The notes below the pieces were generated by a model. That model saw only the letters and a list, made by a program, of their open reading frames with translations, did no database searches and was not told the origin of the DNA. A stretch of 64,000 bases of DNA from Takakia lepidozioides (lineage: Eukaryota > Plantae > Bryophyta). The DNA is taken from the NCBI GenBank assembly GCA_030704615.1, contig CM060731.1:49662001-49726000 (forward strand). Direction: 5' to 3'. Position 1 is the first letter of the stretch, and each line of letters opens with the position of its first letter. Below are positions 49,788 through 63,650 of this stretch, one piece after another. Made by a program: the position numbers and the translations under genes.

Positions 49788-50335
49788 ATGGCTGCTCAGC
49801 GTAGCACCATGAATGCAGACTCTCAGCTGTTGCCCAATTCCATCCTCATGATGGTAGTGGCTAGATTGCCACTGAAGGAGGTGGTCCGGTTCAGAGCGGT
49901 ATCCACTATATGGATTTCTACAGTCTTGTGGCCGGTAGCAGACATGCGGAGCTGGCCACCGGGTTTGGAACGGTGGAGGAGATGATATTTTCATTCATGC
50001 GTCGAACTCTTCTCCAGGGCGACTGGAGGGGGAGAGGTATGACTCTCCCTTCTATGTCAGAGATGGATGCTGCAAGCTCCAACATTGTATGAGAGACAGA
50101 AGTTGGAGCCTCGGAGATTTTATCCTCGGAGATGGAGGTTGAAATCTTGGATTGGATGATAGAGGAGTTTGCTGGAGCCTCTGAGACTGATCAGGCGGAA
50201 GTTGGAGCCTCCGAGATTTTATCGGAGATTGAGGTCGAAAACTTAAATTGGGTAATAGAGGAGGTTGTTGGATCCTTTGAGACAGATGATCAGGTGGTGG
50301 ATTATCATTGTGCCAAACGGCCACGCCTCATGTAG
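49788..50335 (+). pseudogene. F-box-like gene remnant
   Basis: LLPNSILMMVVARLPLKEVVRFRAVSTIW matches the F-box consensus; early stop, then acidic repeats in other frames. Confidence 0.55.
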
Positions 50336-50929
50336 CATGATGGTAATCCAAATCGGTATGAAATGGGCCGGTGTCAGGACAGCTTAGATCCTTAAGATGT
50401 CCAACAGAAACTGCACTGCAAGTTAATATGTTCAGCACATAGCCAATGCATGCCTTTTGTGTGGAACTGTCTACAGAATTTGTTTGAATAAAGAGGAATC
50501 AGGCATCAATAATCTGGTGCCTCACTTTGTCTTCCTCAGTTATCCATTTCTTACATCTTAATTGGGTCACTGACTTGTCTTAAACTGCAGCGTCTCTGGC
50601 CTTTGAGCCTCTTTCTGGTCTCTGGGTTACACTATCTTCTGTACCCCATTAGTTTGTAGCTAGGAAAGCCTCAACCCTGTTTACTTGGCATTCAGATTTT
50701 TGTAAGGTAGGTTTTACTATCAAATTACAACACCCCAACTCAAAGCTAAGCTTCGTATGCAGTTGAATTTCAAAGAGCTCTACAACTGGTGTAGTGCTTG
50801 ATATACACTGATGGCAATAAGATAACTTGTAGAGCAAGACATGGTGCAGAGCAGGGCCATGAGTAGTAGCTGGCAGCTGCACAGTACACGACGAAGCAGA
50901 TGGTCGCAACGTACTGTAGTAGCGGCTGA

Positions 50930-51115
50930 AGAGAACCGATCTGACAAAGAGCTGTACCCAGCTCTTGGCTCAATCTGATTACCTCTAGGGCGGTAATACC
51001 CGTTTTGCTTATCAACTTGTAATCGCAACGTGAGAAACCGATCTGACAAAGAACAGTACCCCGTTCTTCACTAAATATGATTACCTCTAGGGCGGTAATA
51101 GACGTTTTGCTTATA
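50930..51115. repeat. Two-copy ~100-bp direct repeat
   Basis: AACCGATCTGACAAAGA...TGATTACCTCTAGGGCGGTAATA...GTTTTGCTTAT occurs twice. Confidence 0.8.
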
Positions 51116-53569
51116 TAAATTATGCACCTATTTATGTAAATTTAAAAAAAAAGAAAAAGAAAACTCTGAGAGCTACAGAACAGAATTACCTCCATGAATG
51201 TTCCTCTATATTTCCTCGGTCGCTCTTCATCTTCTCTTCGATTTCAAGAGTAGAGTCTGTCGTCCAAGTAGCAGAAGTGCTCCGGCATCTCTGCTGCAGC
51301 CCATGTGAGGATTTCTTTGTGGAAGATGTTAGAGATCACTACGACATCGGAAGTGTTCTTTCTGCTCGCAAAGACAACCCATAACGAGCTTCTTCTAAAA
51401 TTCAATGGAGTATCTCCATACTTTCAAAGAGCTTTCAATGCCATTGGAGTTTTGAAGGAAGTTACTGACGGGGGACCTCTTGCACCAGAGCCAGCCAATC
51501 TCGAATTGGGTTAATCTACCGAGTGGCAGGAAAGGTACTAACGTTGGTGGAGCTGGATCCAGATTTTCCTAACTGAAAAGAATGAAGTGTTGCTTGACCA
51601 ATTTGTCAGAGGAGCCACGACCACATTACTCAGAGGCATGGGAACTTACTAGGCCTAGCGACTTATTGCCTGGCCAATTTCCGAGGGAATTCCCCATGTC
51701 TGCCTAGAGGCGATCAAAGGGGCATTTTCTTGTTAGCAGGCATGTGAGAGGGTATTCGACACTTTCTCCAGGATGAAGACTAGCAGCTTGCAGTATTCCA
51801 CGACATCACTATGCTCATCTCTACGACGAAGGGACCAATGAGCAGAACGATGACGTCGAAAACCGCTCTGCAAACTGTGTACCCAAGGGCAGAGTGTGTC
51901 GAAGACCCTCTCACGTGCTATTCGATACAGTCACATATCGACGTAAGCTGGAGCCGAAGCTCACGTCCTTTTACGTTGGGCAATGACACGATGGCCTAGA
52001 CATGGCCCTACGGCGCTCCTCACTGGGAAATACGGTATGATGAACAATAACTGTATTGCTGGGCCGGCCACATATTCACTGCATGCATCTGAGATTATGA
52101 AACGAGAGAATCGTTGGTAAAATTTTTTGTTATCACTCTTCTAGAGAGTCATATGCGGCAAGTCGAAACTTTTTGTTTGATGTATTCTGAGTAGAACTCG
52201 GATTCATAAGTAGTTCAGTAGAAGCCGGGACTTTTAGTTTGCACAGGTGTACAGTTTCAGAAGAAATTGTGGACTGTCTCTACGGACATTGTTGAAGGCA
52301 GTCAATAGTTAGGGCACTCAAGGACATTCTTCTAAACATGATACTTTCCATTTGGATGATACTTCAAGGGTGTTGAAATGTCAAGAGGTGCCTTCAACCC
52401 TCCAGTGGCCCTGCAGTGCGCTGAGCAGCAGGCTTTATACATTAAACTAACTCTGTGTTTATCTCTACGCCTCGGTGAGTGTGCAGGGTCATATGTAAAC
52501 TTTGCGACTCATGTTGTGTTGGAGAGACGATCATGACTTCTGGCCTTCCAGGTGCACAGACTCAAATTATCATACAGATGGCTTGGCGTGCCTACGAATA
52601 TAACGGGCATCTTGTCCTCTCTCGAGTCAATCGAATTTGTTGATGTATACACTATCCGAGTCCCTACAGTGAGTGGTCCCGTTACCAGCCTAGATGGGTC
52701 CACTGGCCAAAGCCGGCCCACCTGGATTTTCCCTCTAAAGCACCCACCACTCCTTTTGCTTTTTTGGGTTTCTGTGCTGCTTTCTGTGCAGACGGTTCCC
52801 CATGAGTCACGGGCGATGGGCTGTCACAGGTCTGAAGTCACAAAGGAGGTCCGGCATCAAGGCATATATGCCTACCTGCAGGGAAGGCAACCTCTATTGT
52901 TATATGTTTTAAATCCGCCAGAGAGGTTTGACAAACAAATGCACATGCAACTGTCCGAGCGTCCTTTTGACTGCCCCTTGAGAACAGCGTGAGGTAAATA
53001 GAAAACGTGCTCCCTGCGCCATCAAAAGTGCAGTACTTGCTGTCCTGACAGACATGAATTGCCTCTTCAATATCACTCCATGACTCACGGCCGCTGCCTG
53101 CCACCATCTCTCTCTTTCTCTCCGTGAGAGCGAGTCGTGAGGAGCGTGCATCTTCCTTTTGTGTGTATATGGCGCACCCCACCGTGCTCGCACCCGATCC
53201 AGAAGATCTAAGCGAAGCTTGTGATGCCAGTCTTGCAAAAAACAACACTCATTTGAGTTTTCCACACAAGATTCCAAAGCAGATGACCCCGAGACTGCCA
53301 CATCCGCCGAGAAGCGTTAGTGTCTGCCATCCATTTTTTGAGGTGGCCAGGCCAGCCACCAAGCTGCACTGCATCCAAACCCTAGCTTTCCATGGACCGT
53401 TCGGATCTGATCTTGGTCTAGTCCGGTCTGGTCGGGTGGGCTGGTCATTATAATTTTCTTTACGGAGAACGAGACAACAAAGCCCAATGACAATTAGGGA
53501 GAATTGGTCGTTGTTGTTGTTGTCGTCATTATACGAAAAGCGAGGACCATGGCGAGAGTAGGTAATCCA

Positions 53570-53970
53570 AGTCATGAGAATATGGAGCATCGGTCTTCAC
53601 ATCCGGCCCCATTAGCTCTTATTTTTGTGTAATGCTGAGCACGATTTTGTTGCGGGATTTGTTGTGGTTAACCCAAGTCGTGGGAGTGGAGCATCGGTCT
53701 TTACATCCGCTCCCTCGACGGCCGAGCTCTTCTTTTTGCGTAATGCTGAGCACGGTTTTGTTGTGGTTAACCCTTGAAGTCATGGGAATGGAGCATCAGT
53801 ATTTACATCCGGCCCCTCAACCGCCGAGCTCTTCTTTTTGCGTAATGCTGAGCAGGGTTTTGTTGTGGTTAACCCTTGAAGTCATGGGAATGGAGCATCA
53901 GTATTTACATCCGGCCCCTCAACCGCCGAGCTCTTCTTTTTGCGTAATGCTGAGCATGGTTTTGTTGTGG
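53570..53970. repeat. ~102-bp tandem repeat x4 upstream of PYL
   Basis: GGAGCATC.GT.TTTACATCCG...GAGCTCTTCTTTTTGCGTAATGCTGAGCA..GTTTTGTTG units. Confidence 0.88.
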
Positions 53971-54635
53971 GGTTTGGAGGGGCTCACCAATGTTGCGGAG
54001 CCTAACTTAAGTCCCCCCTGTATCAACCCATGACATGTGGTTTTGGATCGAAGTTTGCCGGAAGTGCGGCGAACAAAAACATGTAAAAGTGTGAAAGATG
54101 CCGTCGAGGAAGATCCAAGATAAATTACTACCCAATCGCACCGCCGGCCGATGGTGATTGGCCGCATGCCCATAAGAGGATAACCTCTTGAGCCCAAAAT
54201 TCTAACTTTTGGATTCCAGCTTCTGGTTGCGTTGACAATTTGACCCTACCAAATAAGTGATCGAAAAACCGACCATCGAAGAATTATTTTTGTCGAGCTA
54301 TTTTGAACCATAGATTCATCGATCTTTCTTGAGTTATGGGAGACGTCGGATGTTTTTGAAGTGACGGTTGAGATGGTAGTACGTGGCGGTGGGCAGGATC
54401 TTGGCTTGTTGAGAAGCTACGGACGAGAGAGAGAGGAGAGGAGGATAACGAGAAGCGAGGGTTGCGAGCGAGCGAGAGAGACGAAGACAGACAGGCAGAC
54501 AGACAGATGGACGTAGACGTGATGCAGGTGTGACAAGTGATGAGGACTTGGCAAGCTGTTGGTTGCTGATTGAGGAGGGGAGGGGGAGGAGTGAAAGGGC
54601 AGGTTGTGTTGGCTAGGGTCGGGGAGGACACGACG

Positions 54636-55229
54636 ATGAGGGTTGTGAAGGGACCGCAGGATCTGCAGACTTTGCTAGAGGGGCGGCAGGACTTGATCTG
54701 CAGGTATCACACCCATGAACTGGAGGCGCATCAGTGCGGCTCCATATTGCTGCAGCAGGTGAATGCGCCTCTGGAGACAGTATGGTCTGTGGTAAGGAGC
54801 TTTGATAAACCACAGGCTTACAAGAAGTTCATACAGTCTTGTATGATAAGGGAGGGCGACGGAGGTGTGGGGAGTGTTCGAGAGGTGCACCTGGTGTCCG
54901 GGATCCCGGCGACTTTTAGCGTTGAGCGCCTCGAGATACTAGATGATGAGCAACACATCTTTAGTTTTAGAGTTCTGGGAGGAGGGCATCGTTTGCAAAA
55001 CTACTGGTCGGTGACTTCTTTGCATGAACATGACATCAATGGCAAGCCTGGGGCGCTGATTCTTGAGTCGTATGTCGTTGACGTCCCGGATGGGAATACA
55101 AGGGATGAGACGCACATGTTTGCCGACACGGTGGTTAGGTGCAATCTGAAATCTTTGGCTCAGGTTGCCGAGCAGCTTGCTTTGCAGCAGGACACTGAAC
55201 GTCTTGAACGTATATCTCTGTCTGTGTGA
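54636..55229 (+). CDS. PYL: PYR/PYL/RCAR abscisic acid receptor (START/Bet v1 fold), intronless, 197 aa
   Basis: [17 protein letters not shown], gate [14 protein letters not shown], latch [21 protein letters not shown]...[13 protein letters not shown]. Confidence 0.95.
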   Translation: MRVVKGPQDLQTLLEGRQDLICRYHTHELEAHQCGSILLQQVNAPLETVWSVVRSFDKPQAYKKFIQSCMIREGDGGVGSVREVHLVSGIPATFSVERLEILDDEQHIFSFRVLGGGHRLQNYWSVTSLHEHDINGKPGALILESYVVDVPDGNTRDETHMFADTVVRCNLKSLAQVAEQLALQQDTERLERISLSV

Positions 55230-58200
55230 TATGGCGATTTTGTTCCGCAGTGGGGATGCATTTTCGCTCGACCTCCAATGTCTACCTTGAGCCATCTGGA
55301 AGAGTGCAGTGGTTCTTGTCTATCTGTTGGATCGTAAGGTATCTTATTCGGAAAGTTTAGCTTGACAGCTTGTTGAGTCCTCTGGGAGGAAGACAGAGCT
55401 CAACTGGAAATGACATCTTGTGAAGGCTGTTGTGTCTCTTGATGGCTGGTATGGAAGTTCGCTTTCGAAGAATTGATTTGTTGTGAAATTGTACTCCTCG
55501 ATAAGGTCTTGTTGTGAGAGTAGTCTTAGTAAAACTGCCATGTAATTGTCGAGCCTTGAAACTGCCATAGCTTCTTAGGGAAACCCCTAATACTTCTTTT
55601 AAGGTTCTTATCCCCGACAGGAGAGGCTGTCATGGGTTAGCTTCTCCTTGAAATCGAAGTACTCACAGCAAAGCTTAGTACCATCGCAGCTATGTTTTGT
55701 ACAGTACCGACCCTATTCACTCTGGCTGCCAATCATTGCACGACGACATTTTGCGGAACATTTGGACATGCGCACCTTCTGTAGACATAACTCCATATCT
55801 ACGTATGTTCTGGGCATATGAAACCAGACATCTGTGGCTCTTGTTTTTAACGCATTTACATTTGCTGGATTTTTTAAATCAACATTTGGACTCGTTAAAT
55901 ATTTTTTGAAGTTCCAGTTTTAGATACAAGTGCTGTGAGAGGGTTCGTGGAGGCATGTTCTGGAGGACAGCTTGGGAGTTTGGGCAATTGCTATATTTTG
56001 GAACTGTGGTTGAAATGTTACTGTGGTATTTACACATAGAGCTGGGATGGAATAGAATTCTCTCCCATCGGGAGCTGTGGATCTGTCCCCTCAGTGCACA
56101 GACGCGCAGACACTGGGTTTGAGCAGACATTGTTGGTGTATTCACCTATTTTATCCTCGGTTTTGTGGAACATCTGCCTGATTTCACTCCTGTTGTTGAA
56201 GTTAGATTTTGCAGTGAACTTGGTCTGAAGGTAATGCCCCCCAGAATGACATGTTCATGAATGGTGGACAAATCGTGGCTGAAGGGTCTGCCACTCCAAA
56301 GAATAGATGCTCTGTTTTGCACCCTGCTGTAAGGACAAAAATTGATGAGCGCACTCCTTGTTTCTGCTGAATTTGTTCAGTGGAAACAAAATCCTGACTT
56401 TAGCTGAGGATGATCTTGTGGGTCCATGTGGCTTTGTGCACTTGGTTCAACAAGTCTGGGCGGTAGGGGTATGGAGTCAATTGTATGCGACTTGTTTTTG
56501 GGTAAGTAATGTGGGTCAGATGACTAGTCCAAGTCATGGTAGAGCTGTGTTCAACAAGTTTGGGTAGAGTGGTATGGAGTCATTTGTTTGCGACTTGTTG
56601 CCTAGAAAGTTATATAAACTAGATCACCGCCTCCAAGTCTGAAGGGATTCCTCCTTCGGGTAGTGTTGGGGGGTCTTCAAATTGGCTATTGATTGTCTCT
56701 CTGTTACCTCTGTTCTCTCCCCTCACGTCCTTCCTCTTCTTTTTGCTGCTGCAGCGATGGTCTGTTATGTCTCCTCTCAGTTAACATGGGAACTTGTCGG
56801 AGTCTTGCCTCAACAACCTGACTTGTACCCCATTGCATGTCTCTCACAATGAAACAACGACAAGTCAATGGAATGGTAAACTAGCCTGCATGCAGCAGAT
56901 GGTACAGGAAGAGTGTCACAAAGTACAGATAAACACTTGTAAACCAGAGCAGAAAACAGTGACCAACAGAGGAGCTATGCCACAGAAGGTGACCCTGACA
57001 GTCACAGTAGATTTGCCAATTGTGGTGGGCCCAAAGTGCACAAGGACTGTGGACACTTTTGCATGTCATGAAATGTCAAATGGACTAATGCAATCAATCA
57101 CCAATTATTTTGCAAGGGCTCATAGTCCTCTGTTTTGTTTGCCAGTGAGGTGCTCCTGAGCAACTTTTCAGATTGACAAAGCTCAGATGAAGGAAAACTT
57201 CCCACTTAAAACGCCCACCAACAACTGGGCGTGGGCTGAACAAAACTTCGACTTGCTTGCCAGCTCTGTAATTGTGGGGAACTTGGGGGTGTGGATGTAC
57301 TATCTCATTTGATTGGGTATTCTCAGTCCTTTGGGTCACACACTACCTGCATCATCAAGCCTTGAACTGCGATGGAGGAGGGTCCAAATCATAGCAGTGG
57401 AGTGCAAGCCGCAAGCATTCCATCCAATGTAACACCTCAGCATTTGGATCCAGCTCTCCCTCTATCATAACAACAAATATATGGGTCAGTTTAACGTCAG
57501 CCAACAGATGCTGAAGCAACAAAGAGCGAATGTTTTGACTGATGCACCTCAATTTTGCTGACCAACATCCACCCAGTAAAAAGCACGCAAATGTTCAGAT
57601 GTCACAAGTAGACTTCCTTTATCACGCCCTGGCAATGTTTTACTTTCTACTTACAATCCCCTTCACTGTAAGGGGAAGCCTAAGATTGACCAAAGGGGTT
57701 CAGGTAGTTAGAGCCTCACGGAGAGAGGAGATGGTTATCTGCAGCTGGTTGTTGAAACTGGTCACACGACCTTGTACGCGCAGCAGCCGGCCCAGTTTGA
57801 TCTGCCGAAACCAGGAAACAGACCCAACTAACAGCAACGAACCAATCTCAAATACAAATGCATTTGATGCAGACCAATGAAATCTAGTGAAACAGAAAGA
57901 TAGCTATGCCTGAAATGAAATCAAAAGTGACCTCATATGGTAGTAACTTAATCCAACACTTGGTGCTGTTGAGCTCTTGTACACAGTTCATCCCAGGTCT
58001 TGCAGGGCTCACCTGATTTGCAGAGGTGGCTGTGAAATCTTTCTGCAGCTCCAATTCTAGCCCTTTCGAAGGTGTGATGGCTGCTATTGTTGAGTGGTTC
58101 ATCCACATGATACAGGGGATACACCCGGTTCCATCATCCACTGCATGAGCACCAACTTCATCTTTAGTTCACATCTAAACTTTACAAGGAAGAATAACAT

Positions 58201-59955
58201 GTCACGATTTCCTGTGATCGAGGCACCCTTCGTAACCATTGGTCAACAAGAGAATGTTCATAAGAGGTTGTTTTCCCACAGCTTTGTGGCCATAACCCCC
58301 TACGCCCACTTTTTGCGGAACAAAAGGGAACAGGCAGAGATCCTCTAGAAAGCCCTTCACACAAGCGTCAATCTGCTGTGTGTGAGCTGCCCAGAAATTA
58401 GACCTCAACAATCCCAGGGCTTTAGGCTCTGCCTTGAGATTTTCAAATCTGGCAAACAAGAAATGTTCTTGATGATCCTGAAGAGGGTCACTCTCTGGTG
58501 AGAATACCCCAAACAATGTATCAGAAAATGGATGTTGTCTTCAGGCTGCCCGCACATCGGGCAACTACAATCTCCTTTTCCTTTTGTTGTTCAACGGTAA
58601 GCTCTCCGCCCCCAGTTTTAAATTGGTCAAGAAGGGAGAGAGGGAGAGAGAGCTAAAAACCAAAAATGTATCATCGGTGTGAGCAGGATGTCTCAGAGCA
58701 GGAAGATAGAAAGTGAATGCCCAACCGATTTGAAAAGCTGGCAGGGAGGAACTATACTCAATAGAGACAGAGTGGACACGTCGATTGAAAGAGAAAGGTG
58801 ATTACGTACATACATATGAAGCGGAGGAAGCGCTCTTTTTGGTCCACGCTGACCACCACACCAGTAATCTCAACTTTCCTCACCAGACGCCCTCTTCGTG
58901 TAAAGCTCCCTGCGTCAATGGCATTCCTTCCATAGGTAAAGTATGAAATGAAAAAGCACTAAGACTTTTTTCCTATGTTCAGCTTGTTGGGATTCTGTTG
59001 TCCAGGGTAACCTGCCGGTGAAGATATGGCTGCAGGTTCCCTATTGCTGAAGTTAGACTCTCACACAATCTTCAAGACGGTCAGTAAATTCTGCATAAGG
59101 CAGCAGCGGGTGCTAAGCAAATCCTGCCTAACTACTGTCCAACTGGGCTCATCCGTACGAGTACACTCATCTTCGCGCATTTGTTGAAGATGCAGCTTAT
59201 CTCGATAACATTCATCCCAAAACCTTCAAGCCCGGCATTTGGAAACTGGAAGCTCAAATCCGGAGAGAATGGTGGAGAAGAGGACCTGGTAAATGCGGGA
59301 GTTGGCGAAGAGAAAGGAAGTCGAATGCAAGAAGGCGCACATGCGCGAAGCACATAGGGTCCAGTCCCCACTCAGACATAGGTCTCATCGGACCATCAGT
59401 TTCCATCGCTGTCGCCGCTTCCATCCCCAAAATCGCAGCGTGAGATCCCAAACGAGCGAGAGATGGCCGATTGCGCAACTACCCAATTTGCTGTGGTCCC
59501 CACAAACTTCAACGGACGCAAAGACTGGTTCTAAACATGCAAAACACAATGAAGACAGAGGAAGAATCTAATCTCGGGTTATGCGCAGCTCAACAGACTT
59601 TTGGGTATTGTGTTCGACGTGTCATGGCGATGTTTCTATCGAAGTTGCCACTGCCAGATGTTTCTGTTTCAAACTTGACTACTAGATTGTAGCGGTGGAT
59701 TTGCCAGATGTTGGATCCGTGGACATGAATGGTTGCGTGCACCGTGCTCTTTGCCGGGGACCTGGAGGCCACAGGTAATGGAAACAGTTTAGTGCGTCAT
59801 ATTATGACTTCTTAGCAGATGTCTCCTCCATATAATAAGAGGGAGAGGCCAAAACTTCAGGAGGGTAGCTTGGAAGTGGGGGAATCCGTTCGTAATTCTG
59901 GCAGTGCGAGGCTGGGATCAGCTGCAGAGCTTAGCTGCGCACTGATTAGGCAGCC

Positions 59956-61569
59956 ATGGCCTTTAAAGGCCTTGTCGTGGCGCTAGCCCTGCTCTGCTTG
60001 GGTGCTGTGACAAGCGGCTCTCACAATGTTCAAAACAGCAGAATAGATTGCCCGTCTCTGCGTGAAGCGAGCAAGAGCGTCACCTTCAGGTCTCCGCCCA
60101 TCGTGTTCCGTCCTGGGGACGTGAAAAACAAAATTTTCACAGGGGAGTCCCCCCCTGGTCGATTCGCCACTCGGGACTTCACTGCAGAGCTTGTGTACGA
60201 GAATGGTGAATCTGTGCCACTTTACGATGTGTATCTCCACCACTGGGTTATGGTTGAGTATGGCAGGGCTGAGGATGATGTCCTCACAGACGCGGAATTC
60301 AAAGAGATGGTGGAGAGGGAGCCGGGTCATACCGTGTATCCAACGGCCTCAAGCGTTGGAACCTCTGTCGATGGAAAGCTCGGCCGCAAGGCACCGTTGG
60401 TGCTTCAATTTTGGGCTAAGGGTGGAGAGACCCGGCGTCTGATATCGAAGATTCCTGTTCCATACGGAGTGGAGGGAGGTAACCCTCCGGCTGGTCATAA
60501 ATCTGAGTGGATCCTGAACGTGCATGGCATCGACACGAGGGGCGCTGTAGACAGAATGGGGTGCACTGAATGCAGGTTTGTACCGAGCCACAGCTCCACT
60601 TGATTCTTTTCCATAGTCGGAGTGGATTGTAAATGTGGGCGCAGATTTTTAAAGGCCTAAATTGCTTCTTGTATTCTGTCCATGTACCCCCTCTGTACCC
60701 CTTCAGTTTATCCTGACGAATATTTTCATATGAAGCATCAATGCTCCCCATGAAGGCTCGGGTGTAATTCAACAGATGGGAAATGCAGATGTGATCTGTT
60801 CACCGAGAATGGGGATAGCACACGCAGTTCCTTGCCCGAGAATTACCTCGGGGGCCTCAGGTGCTGTGTCGACGAATCACGCTGCACTTTGAAAGAGGAT
60901 TTCAACACAGAGAATCTGGAGAGGACCATCTACTTGCAGGTAATCATCTCACCTTATTGGTACTTTGACCGCCCTGTACTCGTGTCCTTCTGAGAGTTAG
61001 CATGTCTAGATGTCACTAACTGAGTTGGTGATTTTTATTGCCTGCACCACTGACATTGGATGTTTGTTTTGCAGTATACCTGGGAATACGTAACCTGGGA
61101 TGAGTGCGTAGTGCCTTTGACGCTAGGACAACTGGATGTGACCAACAAGGGAGATGGAGGGACGGTCGAATATAATGTAGAGGGGTGCAACAGTGAGAAT
61201 GCATTCTTAGAGGAATGTGTAGACACACAAGATACGGTGAAAGTGTTTCCTCATGGAGCCGAAATCATCCATGCTGTCTCTCACCTCCATGCTACAAGCC
61301 TGAATGCAACTCTCTACGGAGAAGATGGGCGGGTTATTTGCAACTCTCCTCCCATTTACGGCAGTGGCTCCACCGCAGGGGATGAGAAGGGATACGTTGT
61401 TGGAATTGTGTCCTGTTACCCTACTTTGGGGAGTTCGAAGATGGAAATACGTGAGGGTGAGCTCCTGCGGCTTCAGGTAAAATATAGCAAGGTAGGTGGT
61501 CCGCATACAGGAGTGATGGGCGTCATGTTTCTAAGGCTAGCCTCGGAGGCTCCTGTGTCTGACATTTAA
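59956..61569 (+). CDS. Stress up-regulated Nod19 (SURNod19) family secreted protein; exons 59956-60575, 60789-60939, 61075-61569
   Basis: Signal peptide; PLYDVYLHHWV, GGETR, LNVHGIDTRG, GCTECR|CDL, YLGGLRCC, VSHLH, ICNSPPIYG, DEKGYVVG, HTGVMG; GT-AG introns keep the frame. Confidence 0.92.
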
Positions 61570-63541
61570 TCTCACTCTGTAGGAAAGCGTCTTTCCATCT
61601 CTGTGTGCTCTTCCATCTACAAACTTGTGAAGTGGTGTATTCTTGGTTGGTGTTATGCCCATAACTGGACAGGTAGATCGTAGATTTATCTTTGAACTTT
61701 ATCACAAGAAGCTGGCTTCCAGATTGTTTACTGGGATGTCAAGGACCTCTCTAGTGTATACGCCCTTCCTCCTGAGGTGAATTTGATACAGTACGAATAT
61801 AATTGAACCCAAGTTCAATTTAACTGTGACTGCAACACTTGAGGTCAGCTCCATTTGTCTGGTGCATCAAGGTCTGAAGCAGAAGAAATACCTGTCCAAA
61901 GTGTATTGGCTCCCGGTCACTCAAGGAAACAGTTGCTTTGATGGTGCAAAACTTACAACCCTGCAGGTGACACTTCATATTTTCTTCACACATCAAATAA
62001 GCCAGCGGGACAGATCTTTGACGGCAGGCTGGTTTTCTCAAAACTATCTAACTGGCGGTTATGAGCCTTTGCCGGTTCTCTTTTTTTTGAGAACCGCGGT
62101 CATAAATCCACATAATCTTCTTGATGACCTCAGGGGGTTTGTAGCTGAATCAAAGAACCTCCCAACACTGGTCAAGACCACGTTCCATAACACAATAAGA
62201 CTTATTTTGTAGACATGCCATCCATGATCCTGTTGACAGTCTCCAGCAGCTTTCCAAAAACTTAGCTCAGCAGAAATGATCTCTGCAGTGACAGCCCGGA
62301 TTTCTTTTTAGTACAGAACTGCCCTTTCGACATTTGTTTGAGTGACTATATTTTCTGGACAAATCCTGGAGGCACGAGTTACACAATCACGGAAGATGCA
62401 ACTGACCGTTTAGGACAGAAAGTCAAGTTGCACAGCTTGGTTGCATTGTGACCAGCTGAAAGAAGATGAGCCCAGTGCCAATGCCAAGAGCTTTCACATT
62501 AATTCCTTGGAATAGGCCCGACAAGCTTAGCCTTCACAAGCACTGCAAGGTGTTTTCCCCGTCTACCTCAGCGACATATTGATTGAACCAGTTTCCTTAC
62601 AGTGGCTTGAAGCTGATGCTGTCCCAGACCAGTTTAGCAAGACTTGCTTCCAGACTAAGCAAGGCTGGAAATATTATCAGCTACTAGGTAGAGGGTGAGA
62701 GGCCAAGGTTTTAGGCCTTTGAATAGCAAGCAAGGAGCATTGGGGGATCTGAGTACTTGGGAAGACTTGATGTGAGTCTCTCAAGGGAGAGAGCCACCGG
62801 CATGATCTTGAGAAGCAAGACTGAGAGCATAGCATGCTAGGTAAACTAAAATACTACTTGGCAAGACACAAACAGAGGATTCAAGGCTGGGTGGTTAACT
62901 AGCTCATACATCGTTTAAGGATCTGGTCTTACCGTGACATACTGCCTTTCCACTGAGGTCAGGCAGGCTTCCCTTCTTGGATGCTTGGGTCCGGAGTCGC
63001 GACTTTACGTCGATGATGGCTGTCCTTTACCATGTCTACAAACAATTTTGAGGAAAACCAATTTTTCGTTGTGCGATAGGTTCATTGGCTTGGTCAGTTG
63101 AACTAGAAAATACTATTCTATGTTGCAGGAGAACCAAGTGCATTGTCGGATGAGATAGATTTGATGTCCTCACAACTGCTGTGTCTTCGCATTTTTCCCG
63201 TATTTTTGGACTTGCTTTTGAAGACTTCGACAATCCAAATGTTGTTGCACATCTACCTACAAGACTCATAAACAACCTTGTTATGGAGGTCACATCTACT
63301 TTAGTTGCCATATGGCAGACTGCTCCACTATCATCTCCTTACCTTCTTCAAGTGCTCATGTTATCCCTGAGCTACTTACTGCCTCCCTATATTCTCTGGT
63401 GTGTTTGCCAAAGATCATCCTGTGGTGGCTTAAAATGTAGGGTGGAACGCAGTTTGAGAGTGTGAGGACCCATAAAGTCGCTCTTCCTCTCCATGTCACA
63501 GAAGTCTAAGAAAGTAGACAAGAATAATAAGGTAGTTGTAT

Positions 63542-63650
63542 CTTAGAGAGAACACTTCGGCCTACGGCCGGCGTAACTAAGAGCCACTTCACCTTTTGGC
63601 TAGAGCCCATTTCGAGGGTGGGCCCTATCTAAATAAAGAAGGATGTCTTT
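63542..63650 (-). mobile_element. Short copy of the 3' end of the RLE-type LINE (truncated LINE or partner SINE)
   Basis: CTTAGAGAGAA..T.CGGC...GGCCGGCGTAACTAAGAGCCACTTCACCTT..GGCTA..GCCC.TTTCG.GGGTGG.CCCTAT shared with 29301-29390. Confidence 0.8.

Noticed and set aside
62030-63470. Partial hAT MITE end (CCCAACACTG at ~62161-62169) and possible decayed LINE
   Set aside because: No partner TIR or TSD, and no diagnostic RT motif could be read.
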